Positions 28,781 to 39,008 are shown, counted from the stretch's first letter. The stretch: DNA of 64,000 nucleotides from Desulfobacterales bacterium (GCA_963668645.2 CAXXWC010000001.1:480001-544000); one strand, 5' to 3'. Notes: generated from the letters alone by a model not told the origin. Numbers and translations are program-made.

Positions 28781-30046
28781 ATGATCGATCGTCGCCGCAG
28801 TCAAGGCCAGTTGCCTTCAGTGCGAAGACCACTGCGTATATGCCTCCTTAGCTACCGCAGCAATCCCCATTGCGGCGGCCAGGGCGTCTATCTGAAAAAC
28901 CTGAGCCGTGCCCTAAAGGACCTGGGCCATCGGGTCGAAGTGGTCTCCGGGCCGCCCGACCCCGGCCTGGACAGCGACATTCCGGTTCACCGGCTCGAGT
29001 GTCTCGATCTGTATAATCCGGCCGATCCGTTCCGCATCCCGACCCTCGGCGAGCTGCGCCGGCCGCTGAACCTCATCGAATGGATGGGGGTTTCCACTAT
29101 GGGTTTCCCCGAGCCGTTCACCTTCGGATGGCGGGCCTTCGCCTTCTTGCAGCGCCACGGCCGGCGCTACGACATCGTGCATGACAACCAGAGCCTCTCT
29201 TACGGGCTGTGGGCCATCAGCCGGCGCATTCCCACCGTGGCCACCATCCATCATCCGATCACGGTGGACCTCAAGATCGCCCTGGCCTCGGTGCGCGCCC
29301 CGTGGAAAAAACTCAAGCACCTGCGCTGGTACTCGTTTATCGGCATGCAAAAACGGGTCAGCCGCACCTTGGCGCGGCTCATCACCGTTTCGGCCTGCGC
29401 CCGGGACGACATCTGCCGGGACTTCAAGGTTCCGGCAGACCGCTTCCGGGTCGTGCCCAACGGGATCGATACCGGCCTGTTCCGCCCCCTGCCGGATCTG
29501 GCGCGGGAAAAAAACCGCATCATCGTGACCAACAGCGCCGACACCCCCTTGAAGGGGCTCTACTACCTGCTCCAGGCGGCGGCCCAGGTGCTCGAACGGC
29601 GGCCGCTGACCCTGGTGGTCATCGGCACGCCCAAAAAAGACGGCGGCATCGTCAAGCTGATCCGCCGCCTGGGAATCGGGCGCCACGTGGTCTTTACCGG
29701 CCGGATTTCGGATGAGGCCCTCGTAAGCCAGTATGCCCGGGCCACGGCGGCCGTGGTGCCGTCGGTCTATGAAGGTTTCGGCCTGCCTGCCGGAGAAGCC
29801 ATGGCCTGCGGCGTACCGGTGATCAGCACCACCGGCGGGGCCCTGCCCGAAGTGGTGGGCGATGCCGGCCTCCTCGTGCCGCCCGCCGATCCCCAGGCCC
29901 TGGCGCGGGCCATCGAGACCCTGCTGGACAACCCTGATGAGGCTTGCAGGCTGGGAGAAGCGGGCTACCGGCGCGTGCAGCGGCATTTTACCTGGCGGCG
30001 GGCCGCGGAGCTGACCGTGGCGGCCTACCGGGAGGTGCTGGGATGA
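28781..30046 (+). CDS. Glycosyltransferase family 4
   Basis: CGGQGVY, VPNGID, PSVYEGFGLPAGEAMACG. Confidence 0.92.
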   Translation: MIDRRRSQGQLPSVRRPLRICLLSYRSNPHCGGQGVYLKNLSRALKDLGHRVEVVSGPPDPGLDSDIPVHRLECLDLYNPADPFRIPTLGELRRPLNLIEWMGVSTMGFPEPFTFGWRAFAFLQRHGRRYDIVHDNQSLSYGLWAISRRIPTVATIHHPITVDLKIALASVRAPWKKLKHLRWYSFIGMQKRVSRTLARLITVSACARDDICRDFKVPADRFRVVPNGIDTGLFRPLPDLAREKNRIIVTNSADTPLKGLYYLLQAAAQVLERRPLTLVVIGTPKKDGGIVKLIRRLGIGRHVVFTGRISDEALVSQYARATAAVVPSVYEGFGLPAGEAMACGVPVISTTGGALPEVVGDAGLLVPPADPQALARAIETLLDNPDEACRLGEAGYRRVQRHFTWRRAAELTVAAYREVLG

Positions 30047-30756
30047 TCACGGTGGATTTCAAGCGCCTGTCCATCGCATACGGCGCCCGCATTCTGGACG
30101 TGGGCTGCGGCAGCGGCCGCCATACTGCGGCAGCCTACGGGATTGAAAGGACAACGACCGTGGGCGTGGATGTTTGCCACGCCGACCTTTGCGCCGCCTG
30201 CCAGCGCCTGGAGTTTCACCAGCGGGTCGGCGCCGGTGCCGGGGGTGCCTGGGCCTTTGCCTCGGCCGACTGCCGGCACCTGCCCTTTGCCGACGCCACC
30301 TTTGATCTGGTGATCTGCGCCGAAGTGCTCGAACACATCCCCGACCACCGCCGGGCCGTAGCCGAACTGGTCCGGGTGCTCAAACCGGGCGCCGACCTGG
30401 TCGTCAGCGTGCCGCGGGCCTGGCCCGAGCGGATCTGCTGGCGGCTGGCGCCGGATTACAGCCACGCCAACGGCGGCCATGTGCGCATTTACCGGCGCAG
30501 GGAACTCGTCAGACTCCTTGAAGGCGCCGGCTTGAAGCCCTGGGCCTGCCACCATGCCCACGCGCTGCATGCCCCTTACTGGTGGCTCAAGTGTTTCGTC
30601 GGCCCCCAGCGCACCGACTCGGCCGCCGTCAACCTCTACCATCGTCTGCTGGTCTGGGATATGATGAAAAAGCCGGCCCTGACGCGCTGGCTCGAACGCC
30701 TGCTCAATCCGGTTGCCGGCAAAAGCCTGGTCGTCTATCTGCGCAAAACAAAATAG
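30043..30756 (+). CDS. Class I SAM-dependent methyltransferase
   Basis: ATGA overlap with the GT; LDVGCGSGRH, FDLVICAEVLEHI, GGHVRIY. Confidence 0.9.
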   Translation: MITVDFKRLSIAYGARILDVGCGSGRHTAAAYGIERTTTVGVDVCHADLCAACQRLEFHQRVGAGAGGAWAFASADCRHLPFADATFDLVICAEVLEHIPDHRRAVAELVRVLKPGADLVVSVPRAWPERICWRLAPDYSHANGGHVRIYRRRELVRLLEGAGLKPWACHHAHALHAPYWWLKCFVGPQRTDSAAVNLYHRLLVWDMMKKPALTRWLERLLNPVAGKSLVVYLRKTK

Positions 30757-30777
30757 GAAAGGTGGTGGGGTGTCGCC

Positions 30778-31248
30778 ATGAAGATCTGGAAACGGCTGCC
30801 GGCCAGCCATATCTTTCTCGACCAGGACCTGGCAGACAAAGAGGCGCTGCTCCATTTTCTGGCCGGCGCCTTTTTCAACGTGGGCGTCGTCAAGGATGCC
30901 GAAACCCTCTACCAGGGGCTGCGCACCCGCGAGGAGACCATGAGCACCGGCATCGGCAACGGCCTGGCCCTGCCGCATACCGCCAGCGCCGAAGCTGCCG
31001 CGGAGTCTTTGACCATGGTCCGCCTGGATCGGCCCATGGACTATGGCGCCCTGGACCGCCGGCCGGTGGACGTGGTGATCGCCCTGGTCGTGCCGGCCGG
31101 CAACCGGGATCTGCACCTGCGCCTGCTGGCCGCCCTGTCCCGGATCTGCCGCGAGGCGGGTTTCATGGACATGGTCCGCCGGGCTCCGAGCCCTGAAGCG
31201 CTCTGGCAGCATATCCGGAAACTGGAAGAGCGCATCCCGTTTCACTAG
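30778..31248 (+). CDS. PTS IIA (Fru/Ntr-type) domain protein
   Basis: REETMSTGIGNGLALPH with the phosphorylatable His; HLRLLAALSR. Confidence 0.9.
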   Translation: MKIWKRLPASHIFLDQDLADKEALLHFLAGAFFNVGVVKDAETLYQGLRTREETMSTGIGNGLALPHTASAEAAAESLTMVRLDRPMDYGALDRRPVDVVIALVVPAGNRDLHLRLLAALSRICREAGFMDMVRRAPSPEALWQHIRKLEERIPFH

Positions 31249-31329
31249 ACTCTGGCCGCAACGATCCTGTCAGACACCACGGGCACAGCGGAAAATCAGC
31301 AGGCGGAGGCCGCCAGGGGAGAAGAGACC

Positions 31330-31695
31330 GTGCAGTTGTTGATCGTCATCATCGATAACGAAGATATCCTGGGGGAACTGCTCACCGGTTGGCTCGACAT
31401 CGGCGTTACCGGCGCCACCTTGCTCGATTCCACCGATTCGCTTCAGCTCCTGAGCCATCATGTGCCCCTTTTTGCCGGCTTCCGGGGCCTGTCCGCCGGC
31501 CATGGGCAGCATTCCAAGACCCTCTTGTCGGCCATCGAATCACCGGCGGCCCTGGAGCAGGCCGTCGCCTTTCTCCAAACCCTGTGCGCCCGCGAGGAAT
31601 CTGCCAGCGGCGGCATCTATATGGTGGTGCCGCTTTCCGATTGCGGCCGCCTGGGAGACCGGCCGCACCGGCAGGCCGGGACAGGGCCCGCCTGA
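31330..31695 (+). CDS. PII-like (ferredoxin-fold) small protein
   Basis: LLIVII...LLTGWLDIGVTGATLLDS...GGIYMVVPL follows the PII-like topology. Confidence 0.65.
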   Translation: MQLLIVIIDNEDILGELLTGWLDIGVTGATLLDSTDSLQLLSHHVPLFAGFRGLSAGHGQHSKTLLSAIESPAALEQAVAFLQTLCAREESASGGIYMVVPLSDCGRLGDRPHRQAGTGPA

Positions 31696-31705
31696 CGCGG
31701 CCTTA

Positions 31706-33061
31706 TCAGCGGCGCCCCGATTCGCCGGCCAGTCCCAACGCCAGCTTGAAGCCGATAGGGCCCAGGACCTGGTTGACGGTGATCACGGCCAACACGATGG
31801 TCGTCAGGTAGACGCCGAGCTGCGGCAGTTGGCGGGCGGCGAGTTGGGCCAGACCGATGGAAACCCCGGCCTGGGTCAGGTAGGCCATCCAGGCGATGCG
31901 CCCGTTGCGCGGGGGATCCCCCGCCAGGCGGGCCGCGCTCCAGGTGGCGACAAAAATGCCGCACGCCCGCACCCCGGCCACGGCCAGGGCCAGGGGCCAG
32001 CAGCGGGCCAGGGCCTCCAGGTTCAACGAAGCGCCGGCCATGGTGAAAAAAAGCAGAAAGATCGGCAGGGCCAGCCGATGCAGCCCCTCCATAAACCGCC
32101 GCCCGGCTTCGGAATCCAGGGTCCGGACGCAGAATCCCGCGCTCATGCAGATCAATAGCGGCTCCAGGCTCAGATGGATTTGCATCGAGGCCTGCATCCA
32201 GAGGTTCAAAGCGGCCGAAGCCTTGGCCACGGCAAAAGCCATGAAAACCAGGAAAAGCGGCAGGTCATGGCCCACCCGCCGGATATAGACCACGATCCCG
32301 GCGCCCAGGACCAGCCCCCCGCCCAAAGAGACGGCCACCGCTGAGAGCATCGACAAGGCGGCCCACGGGTCGAAGGCCGTACCGTGCAACAAAGCCGCCA
32401 CCGCACTGAGCGTCACGGTAAACAGCACGATGATCAGCACATCCATGGCCACCGTGACCCCCAGCACCGTCTCGGTAAAAGGACCGGCGGCGCGGCACTC
32501 GTCGATGATGGCGATGGCCGAAGAGGGCGAGCGGGCCACCGAGATGCAGCCCAACAGCATGGCCAGGGCCAGCTGCGCTGCGCCGTCCATCTGCGCGATC
32601 AACGCGAAGCGGGAAGCGGCCGCCATGACGAAACCACCCACCATGCCCAGCACGACCACCGTCAAGAGTGCGATGTTCCAGGCGATGGCCCGACGTCTCG
32701 GGAGCAGGCGCGCCACGTCGAGGGCCCCTCCCGCCGTCAGGGCGATAAAACTCAGGGCCAGATCATCCACCAGACGCAGCCGCACCACCATGGCCGGATC
32801 GAGAAATCCGCTGGCAAAGGGACCGGCCAGAATCCCGGCAAAGATATAGCCGCTGATCAACGGCAGGCGCACCAGGCGGCAGACCTGGCCGGAGAGGTAG
32901 GCCGCCAGCATGACGAATCCCAGGGCGAACACGACCTGCCCGGTGCGCTGCCAGTCCCCTCTGATTTCAAGCCCGCAGGTCCACAAGGCCAACAAAATCA
33001 GGAGGCTGCCGCTCAGCAGGCAAACGACCAGTTCTCTTCTAGCGGGCGTCAACCATCGCAT
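31706..33061 (-). CDS. Cation:proton antiporter (CPA) family protein
   Basis: LPLISGYIFAGILAGP, ARSPSS, VAMD, FFTMAGA, QAGVSIGLA, NQVLGP; many TMs. Confidence 0.85.
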   Translation of the reverse strand: MRWLTPARRELVVCLLSGSLLILLALWTCGLEIRGDWQRTGQVVFALGFVMLAAYLSGQVCRLVRLPLISGYIFAGILAGPFASGFLDPAMVVRLRLVDDLALSFIALTAGGALDVARLLPRRRAIAWNIALLTVVVLGMVGGFVMAAASRFALIAQMDGAAQLALAMLLGCISVARSPSSAIAIIDECRAAGPFTETVLGVTVAMDVLIIVLFTVTLSAVAALLHGTAFDPWAALSMLSAVAVSLGGGLVLGAGIVVYIRRVGHDLPLFLVFMAFAVAKASAALNLWMQASMQIHLSLEPLLICMSAGFCVRTLDSEAGRRFMEGLHRLALPIFLLFFTMAGASLNLEALARCWPLALAVAGVRACGIFVATWSAARLAGDPPRNGRIAWMAYLTQAGVSIGLAQLAARQLPQLGVYLTTIVLAVITVNQVLGPIGFKLALGLAGESGRR

Positions 33062-34259
33062 CGGCTGTCTTTCTGCCCAGGGCCCGGGCCGCGATCCATG
33101 GGCTGACCAGGTCTGTGGCCAGCACCCCGAGAACACCCAGGTGTACCACGGGGGCCAGGGCAACCCCCCATTGGCTGAACTGAAGATCGTAAAACATCGC
33201 CATGGGAAGGGCTCCGGCCGGCGCCAACAATCGCCACAGGCGGCCCGGCTCCTTTGCGTCCCCACCGGGGGCAACCGGCCGCGCCGCCCACACCCCGGCC
33301 CACCTGCCGGCCAGGCGCAGCAGGCTCCAGGCCCCGGCGGCCCAAAAAAAGCACGCATCACCGGGCCACCACTCGATCCCGAGAAAAAGTAGCAAAAGCA
33401 GGTAGAACGGTTTTTCCAGGGTTTCAAGAAGGGCCCCGATACGGTCGCGCGCCCGAGACAGGTTCACCAGCCCGATTCCGATGGCGCAATTGACCAGCAG
33501 GGGGGAAAAATCAAGGATCATGGCAACGCCGCCGCCCAGTACGGTCAAGGCCAGCAACATGAGGGTCAGCTCGCGGCGGTTGGGGCGAAGGCTGAGAAGG
33601 AGCGAAAAAAGCAGCAGAAGGGCCGCGCTGGCAAGCACACTCAACCCGGCGCTGCGGCCGAAAAGTGTCCACGAGAAGCGGCCGGGGGTGCCGCAGGGGT
33701 GAAAACAATAGACCAGGCCGAAAACCAGCAGGGCTGCCAGGCTGTTGACGCCGGCCAGGACCCCGACCCGCCGCAAAACCGGATAGGCGGAACCACGCCG
33801 GGCGGCCAGCAGCGCCAGGGTCAGGGGAGAACTGCTCAAAGCGGCGGCCCCCAGGCAGAGGACCACCGGCCAACGCTGGGCATCACCCGGTGCCAGGAGC
33901 GGTAAGATCCACAGATCGGTGCCCAGGGCCACAACGGCGAAAGTGACGGCGGCCACGATCAGGGCCGTGAAGATCGTCCCGGGTTTCTGGCGTCCGAGCT
34001 GGCGAAAATCGAAGTGGAAACCGACCAGCATGCCGAGCCAGCCGAGCAAAAAGGCGCTCAGGGGGGCCAGCCCGCGCAGGGTGGCCGGATCCACGACCCC
34101 GAGCAGCCGCGGCCCCAGGACGACGCCGAGCAGCAAAAATTCGGTGCCGGTCAGCAGCGGGCGCCACGCCGCGATGGGCGTGGACAAGGCGCGGAAGCTC
34201 AGACGGTAGCCGGCAAAGGCCAGCGCCAAGATCAGCAGGAGTACGAAAAAGACATTCAT
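33039..34259 (-). CDS. Divergent cation:proton antiporter-like membrane protein
   Basis: TGTEFLLLGVVLGP, SSSP, FSPLLV, EKPFYLLLL; about 12 TMs. Confidence 0.7.
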   Translation of the reverse strand: MNVFFVLLLILALAFAGYRLSFRALSTPIAAWRPLLTGTEFLLLGVVLGPRLLGVVDPATLRGLAPLSAFLLGWLGMLVGFHFDFRQLGRQKPGTIFTALIVAAVTFAVVALGTDLWILPLLAPGDAQRWPVVLCLGAAALSSSPLTLALLAARRGSAYPVLRRVGVLAGVNSLAALLVFGLVYCFHPCGTPGRFSWTLFGRSAGLSVLASAALLLLFSLLLSLRPNRRELTLMLLALTVLGGGVAMILDFSPLLVNCAIGIGLVNLSRARDRIGALLETLEKPFYLLLLLFLGIEWWPGDACFFWAAGAWSLLRLAGRWAGVWAARPVAPGGDAKEPGRLWRLLAPAGALPMAMFYDLQFSQWGVALAPVVHLGVLGVLATDLVSPWIAARALGRKTADAMVDAR

Positions 34260-35995
34260 GCCGAAGCGGCCGCGGCGCGATCCACGGCCGCCGTCAGGCG
34301 CTCGAATTCCTGCCCCAGCGTGGCGCCCTGTTGGTCCAGAGCATTGAGCGCTGCGTCACGCTCTGCCACGTAAGCGCTCAACGGATCGATCCGGCGGCGG
34401 ATCTGGGCGTAGCGTTTTTCCACCTCGTCCGCCATCCGTGCTTCAAGCTCCCCGGCCAAACGGGTGCGGTTCTCCTTGAGGCCCTTTTCCAGCTCCCGGC
34501 GCATCATGCCGCGGCGCGCCGCCAGGACCCCGCCGGTCAGGATCAACCCGACGCCGGTGAGAACGCCGCCGGTGACGTCCAGCAGCGGCATATGGGTCGT
34601 GGCCAGCATCAGGGCCCCCACCAGGGTCATGGCGCTGCCCCCCACCAGGGTCGAGCCGGCCCGCTCGGGAGTGGTGGCCAGCCGATCGGTGAACAGGGCC
34701 GCCGGTTTGAGGGCTTCGATGTTTTGCTGCAGTTCGGTAAACAGGGTTTCGCGGCGCTGCCAGAAATCGATGTCCGGTACCTCGGGGCGGTCTGCCGGAT
34801 GGCGCACTGCGGCCAAAGAAGCGCTCAACTCCCGCACAAAGGTTTCGATATCTGCCAAAAGTTGGCCGCCATGGCGCTCGACCACTGCGCCGGCTTCCCG
34901 TTCCAGGCAGTGGTTGAACGCCTCTTGCAGGCCGTTCATCCACTCGTGCAGCCCTTTTCCGCGTCTTACCACCGCGCCCACCGAACGGCGAAAGAAGGTC
35001 GGCACCGAAAGTCCGGCCCAGAAATCGGCCAGCAATTTTTCGGCGCAAGCGTCGTAGCGGTCGAGCACCCTATGGACCATCAGCGCCACCTGCTCGGTGC
35101 TGCGGCGCAGCCCGTCCTCGGTACGGCCCGTGAGACTGGCGCTCAGACTGCGGTCCGCTTCGAGCTGGACCCGGGCCCCCTCCAGCGAAGTGGCGATCTT
35201 TTCAAAAAGCGATTCGCTGGTGTCCAGCGTGGCGCGCAGCTTGAGGTAAAAATGGCGCCCCCCGGTGACCGTGTCCCGGATGTAGCCGCGTACGGCCGCA
35301 AAACCGCTTTGCGGCTGGCCGGCCAATTCCCTTGCCGCGGAGGTGGCAAAGATCTGCGGCTCTAAAATCCGGCGCTGCCGGGCGTATTCGGCGACCTTGG
35401 CCGTGTTGACCGCCAGTTCCTGTTCCGTGGCCAGGTCGGCCTGCTGGAGGACGAAAACCACCCGTTTGCGCCACTCGTCGCTCACGGTTTCGAGCAGTTC
35501 CCAGGCCGATCGGGTGTGGGGGTTTTTGGCCGGGAAGACGAAAATCACCAGGCCGCTGTTGGGAATGTAGCGCTGGGTGATCTCCTGGTGATGTTCGATG
35601 ATGGTGTTGGTGCCCGGGGTGTCGACGATGGCGATGTCTTTGAGGATTTCCACCGGCACGCCCACCCGCCTCAGGTGGGGACCGATCTCTGTGTCCAGCG
35701 CTTTTGCGGACCAGACCATCTCCTGGATCACGTCGGTGCAGGGGGCCGGATCGACCCGGCAGATCTCAGCCCCCAACAGGGCATTGACGAAGCTGCTCTT
35801 GCCGGCCTTGATTTCCCCGACAACGACGAAAAAAAACGGATCGAGAAGCGTGGTGCGCAGTTGGCCGATCACCGGCGGCAGGTCGCTGTTGCCGGCGTCC
35901 TGAGCCAGGGACTGAAGCCTTTCGAGCAGGTGGGCCAGCTCCGAACGCAGTTTGGCGAACCGCTCGTCTATGAGCCGCTTTTCTGAATTTTTCAT
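34256..35995 (-). CDS. Bacterial dynamin-like GTPase
   Basis: VVGEIKAGKSSFVNALLG, PCT, IVDTPG, helical stalk, hydrophobic paddle near the C-terminus. Confidence 0.87.
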   Translation of the reverse strand: MKNSEKRLIDERFAKLRSELAHLLERLQSLAQDAGNSDLPPVIGQLRTTLLDPFFFVVVGEIKAGKSSFVNALLGAEICRVDPAPCTDVIQEMVWSAKALDTEIGPHLRRVGVPVEILKDIAIVDTPGTNTIIEHHQEITQRYIPNSGLVIFVFPAKNPHTRSAWELLETVSDEWRKRVVFVLQQADLATEQELAVNTAKVAEYARQRRILEPQIFATSAARELAGQPQSGFAAVRGYIRDTVTGGRHFYLKLRATLDTSESLFEKIATSLEGARVQLEADRSLSASLTGRTEDGLRRSTEQVALMVHRVLDRYDACAEKLLADFWAGLSVPTFFRRSVGAVVRRGKGLHEWMNGLQEAFNHCLEREAGAVVERHGGQLLADIETFVRELSASLAAVRHPADRPEVPDIDFWQRRETLFTELQQNIEALKPAALFTDRLATTPERAGSTLVGGSAMTLVGALMLATTHMPLLDVTGGVLTGVGLILTGGVLAARRGMMRRELEKGLKENRTRLAGELEARMADEVEKRYAQIRRRIDPLSAYVAERDAALNALDQQGATLGQEFERLTAAVDRAAAASA

Positions 35996-36040
35996 TTCAT
36001 CGCGCCCATCGAGAAACATCAAAGCCCGCAGCGGACTTTT

Positions 36041-36886
36041 TCAGGTCTGAATGCGTGCCAGCAGGGCCTGGTAAAGGCGGCTTGCCAGAGGCCCGACGCA
36101 CCCGTCTCCGACCGGCTTGCCGTCGACGCGGGTGATGGGCAGCACCTCGGTAATCGTGCCGGTCAAAAAAACCTCGTCGGCCGCGGCCAGTTCGCTGCGG
36201 TCGTAAAAGCGCTCATCCACCGCGATCTTCTCGTCGCGGCAGATGTCCATCACCACCTGCCGGGTGATACCGGGCAGGATGCGCTCGTTGAGCGGGTGGG
36301 TGATCAGGCGTCCGTTCTTGGCGATAAAAAGGTTGGAGCTGGTCCCCTCGCGCACGATCCCCTCCGGCGAAACAAAGATGGCGTCGAAGACCCCGGCCTC
36401 CAGGGCCTGCTGCTTGGCCATGCAGTTGGGCAGCAGCTGCACGGTCTTGATGTCGCAGCGGCCCCAGCGGATGTCGGTCACGGTGATGGCCGAGGCGCCC
36501 TTCCGGCGCATCTCCGGCGGCTTTTCGTGCACCGGCCGGATGGTCATGAAAAACTGCAAGGGGGTGCCGGCGGCCGGATATGCGTGGTCCCGGGGGGCCA
36601 CGCCGCGTGAAATCTGGATATAGATACCTGCCCGGGCAATGCCGGCGCCATCGAAAAGCTCCAGAATCGCTCCCCTCAATGTCTCCCGGTCCAGGGGGGC
36701 GAAGGCCAGCTCGCGCAATGAGCGCTCAAGCCGGTCGAGATGTTCCTCCAGACAAAAGAGCCGGCCGTTGTAGCTGGCTACGAATTCGTAGACCGCATCG
36801 CCGAAGTTGTAGCCCCGGTCCTCGGCGGGAACCATCGCCTCGCCGATGGGCATGATCTTGCCGTTCAGATAGGCCAGTTCTGGCAT
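36041..36886 (-). CDS. dat: Class IV PLP aminotransferase (D-amino acid aminotransferase-like)
   Basis: DRGYNFGDAVYE, RCDIKTVQLLPN, EGTSSN, LPGITR. Confidence 0.87.
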   Translation of the reverse strand: MPELAYLNGKIMPIGEAMVPAEDRGYNFGDAVYEFVASYNGRLFCLEEHLDRLERSLRELAFAPLDRETLRGAILELFDGAGIARAGIYIQISRGVAPRDHAYPAAGTPLQFFMTIRPVHEKPPEMRRKGASAITVTDIRWGRCDIKTVQLLPNCMAKQQALEAGVFDAIFVSPEGIVREGTSSNLFIAKNGRLITHPLNERILPGITRQVVMDICRDEKIAVDERFYDRSELAAADEVFLTGTITEVLPITRVDGKPVGDGCVGPLASRLYQALLARIQT

Positions 36887-36999
36887 CTCTTATCTCCTTG
36901 TTCGGTGGGTGATTTAGAATATGCGGGATGAAATGATTCATCCATCTGGTGATCATTCAACAGCTTATGGCAGTTGCGATCCGTGTTGCGCCCTCCGGC

Positions 37000-38685
37000 T
37001 CAATCCCGGGTCAACTGCCGGTACTTGATGCGATGGGGCCGATCGGCGGCATCGCCCAGCCGCCGGCGCCGGTCGGCCTCGTAGTCCGAGTAGTTGCCCT
37101 CGAACCAGACCACCCGGCTTTCGCCCTCGAAAGCCAGCATATGGGTGGCGATGCGGTCCAGAAACCAGCGGTCGTGGCTGATGACCACGGCGCAGCCGGC
37201 AAAGTTTTCCAGAGCTTCTTCCAGGGCCCGCATGGTGTTGACGTCCAGGTCGTTGGTCGGCTCGTCCAGCAGGATCACGTTGGCTCCGGCCTTGAGAACC
37301 CGGGCCAGGTGAACCCGGTTGCGCTCCCCACCCGAGATCATCGCCACCTTCTTTTGCTGATCGCCGCCCGAGAAGTTGAAGCGCGCCACGTAGGCCCGCG
37401 ATTTGACCGCCACCCCGCCCAGGTCGAGCAGGTCCTGCCCCTCGGAAATGACTTCCCAGATCGTCTTTTGCGCATCGAGGGCCTCGCGCGACTGGTCCAC
37501 GTAGGCCAGGGCCACCGTATCGCCCAGGCGCAGCGTGCCTTGATCGGGCTTTTCCTGGCCGGTGATCATGCGAAAAAGGGTCGTCTTGCCGGCCCCGTTG
37601 GGACCGATGACCCCCACGATCCCGCCGGGCGGCAGCCGGAAACTCAGGTTCTCGAACAGCAGCCGGTTCTCGTACCCTTTGGCCAGTCCCTGGGCCTCGA
37701 TGACCACGTTGCCCAGACGCGGCCCGGGCGGAATATAGATCTCCAAGTCCCGGGGGCCCACCTCGCCCTGCTGGCTCAGCAGCCGCTCGTAGGCGCTGAT
37801 GCGGGCCTTGGATTTGGCCTGGCGGGCCTTGGGGGCCATGCGGATCCACTCCAGTTCGCGCTCCAGGGTTTTCTGGCGCTGGCCCTCGGCCTTCTCCTCG
37901 CGCCTGAGCCGCTCCTGCTTCTGCTCCAGCCAGGAAGAGTAGTTGCCTTTCCAGGGGATTCCACGCCCACGGTCCAGTTCGAGGATCCAGCCGGCCACGT
38001 TGTCAAGAAAGTAGCGGTCGTGGGTCACGGCGATTACCGTGCCGGCATACTGCTGCAGATGGTGCTCCAGCCAGGCCACGGTCTCGGCGTCCAGGTGGTT
38101 GGTCGGTTCGTCAAGGAGCAGGATCTCCGGTTTTTGCAACAACAGCCGGCACAGGGCTACCCGGCGCCGTTCGCCGCCTGAAAGAACCCCCACGGGGGTA
38201 TCGCCCTCCGGGCAGCGCAGCGCGTCCATGGCCATTTCCAGCCGGGCATCCAGGTCCCAGGCGTCCAGCGCATCGAGGCGCTCCTGGACCTCGCCCTGGC
38301 GCTCTATAAGCCGGTTCATGGCCTCGTCGTCCATCGGCTCGGCGAATTGTTCATTGATGCGGTTGAATTCCTCCATCAGCGCCGCCACCTCGGCCACCCC
38401 TTCGCGCACGATCTCGCGCACCGTAAGGGCCGGGTCCAGATCCGGCTCCTGGGGCAGAAATCCGACACTGTAGCCCGGAGAAAAAATCAACTCACCGTTG
38501 AAATCGCGGTCCGCTCCGGCCATGATCCGCAACAGCGAACTCTTGCCGGCCCCGTTGAGTCCCAGGACCCCGATCTTGGCCCCGTAAAAGTAGGACAGGG
38601 AAATGTCTTCGAGCACCGGCCGTTTCTGGTAGTATTTGCTCACCCGCACCATCGAGCAGATGATCTTGTTCGGCTCCTGAGCCAT
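37000..38685 (-). CDS. ettA: ABC-F translational throttle protein
   Basis: ISLSYFYGAKIGVLGLNGAGKSS, GWILELDRG, YIPPGPRLG, PHRIKY. Confidence 0.95.
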   Translation of the reverse strand: MAQEPNKIICSMVRVSKYYQKRPVLEDISLSYFYGAKIGVLGLNGAGKSSLLRIMAGADRDFNGELIFSPGYSVGFLPQEPDLDPALTVREIVREGVAEVAALMEEFNRINEQFAEPMDDEAMNRLIERQGEVQERLDALDAWDLDARLEMAMDALRCPEGDTPVGVLSGGERRRVALCRLLLQKPEILLLDEPTNHLDAETVAWLEHHLQQYAGTVIAVTHDRYFLDNVAGWILELDRGRGIPWKGNYSSWLEQKQERLRREEKAEGQRQKTLERELEWIRMAPKARQAKSKARISAYERLLSQQGEVGPRDLEIYIPPGPRLGNVVIEAQGLAKGYENRLLFENLSFRLPPGGIVGVIGPNGAGKTTLFRMITGQEKPDQGTLRLGDTVALAYVDQSREALDAQKTIWEVISEGQDLLDLGGVAVKSRAYVARFNFSGGDQQKKVAMISGGERNRVHLARVLKAGANVILLDEPTNDLDVNTMRALEEALENFAGCAVVISHDRWFLDRIATHMLAFEGESRVVWFEGNYSDYEADRRRRLGDAADRPHRIKYRQLTRD

Positions 38686-38979
38686 AGCGGTGTTCCTCCT
38701 AATTGATATGCAGCATAGGTTACGGCCGCGGAAGACGACCCATCGCCCATCGAGGCTGCAACGGGTGATGATCATACGGAATGCCGGCTGCGGGGTCAAC
38801 TGGCGTGAGCAATTCCCGGTTAACCCGCGGGGGTTATCCCCGGATCGCCGTTGCTCGCCCAAAGCCTCGTCTTTATCCGGCCATCTGGCCGAATTCGAAG
38901 TCCAACCCTTCCTTCCATCCCCTGGCAGGGCCAACAGATCTCTGATCCACCAAGAATTGCCCACCTGGCGTAAGGCGCT

Positions 38980-39008
38980 TTGACATCATCCGCGCGATGC
39001 GCTACTTT
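38980..39008 (+). promoter_or_regulatory. Candidate sigma70 promoter for csp, giving a leader of about 215 nt
   Basis: TTGACA-N17-TACTTT. Confidence 0.6.

Noticed and set aside
38700..38975. Possible structured RNA, or N-terminal extension of ettA to 38964
   Set aside because: SD AGGAGG supports the start at 38685, and no known RNA family was recognised
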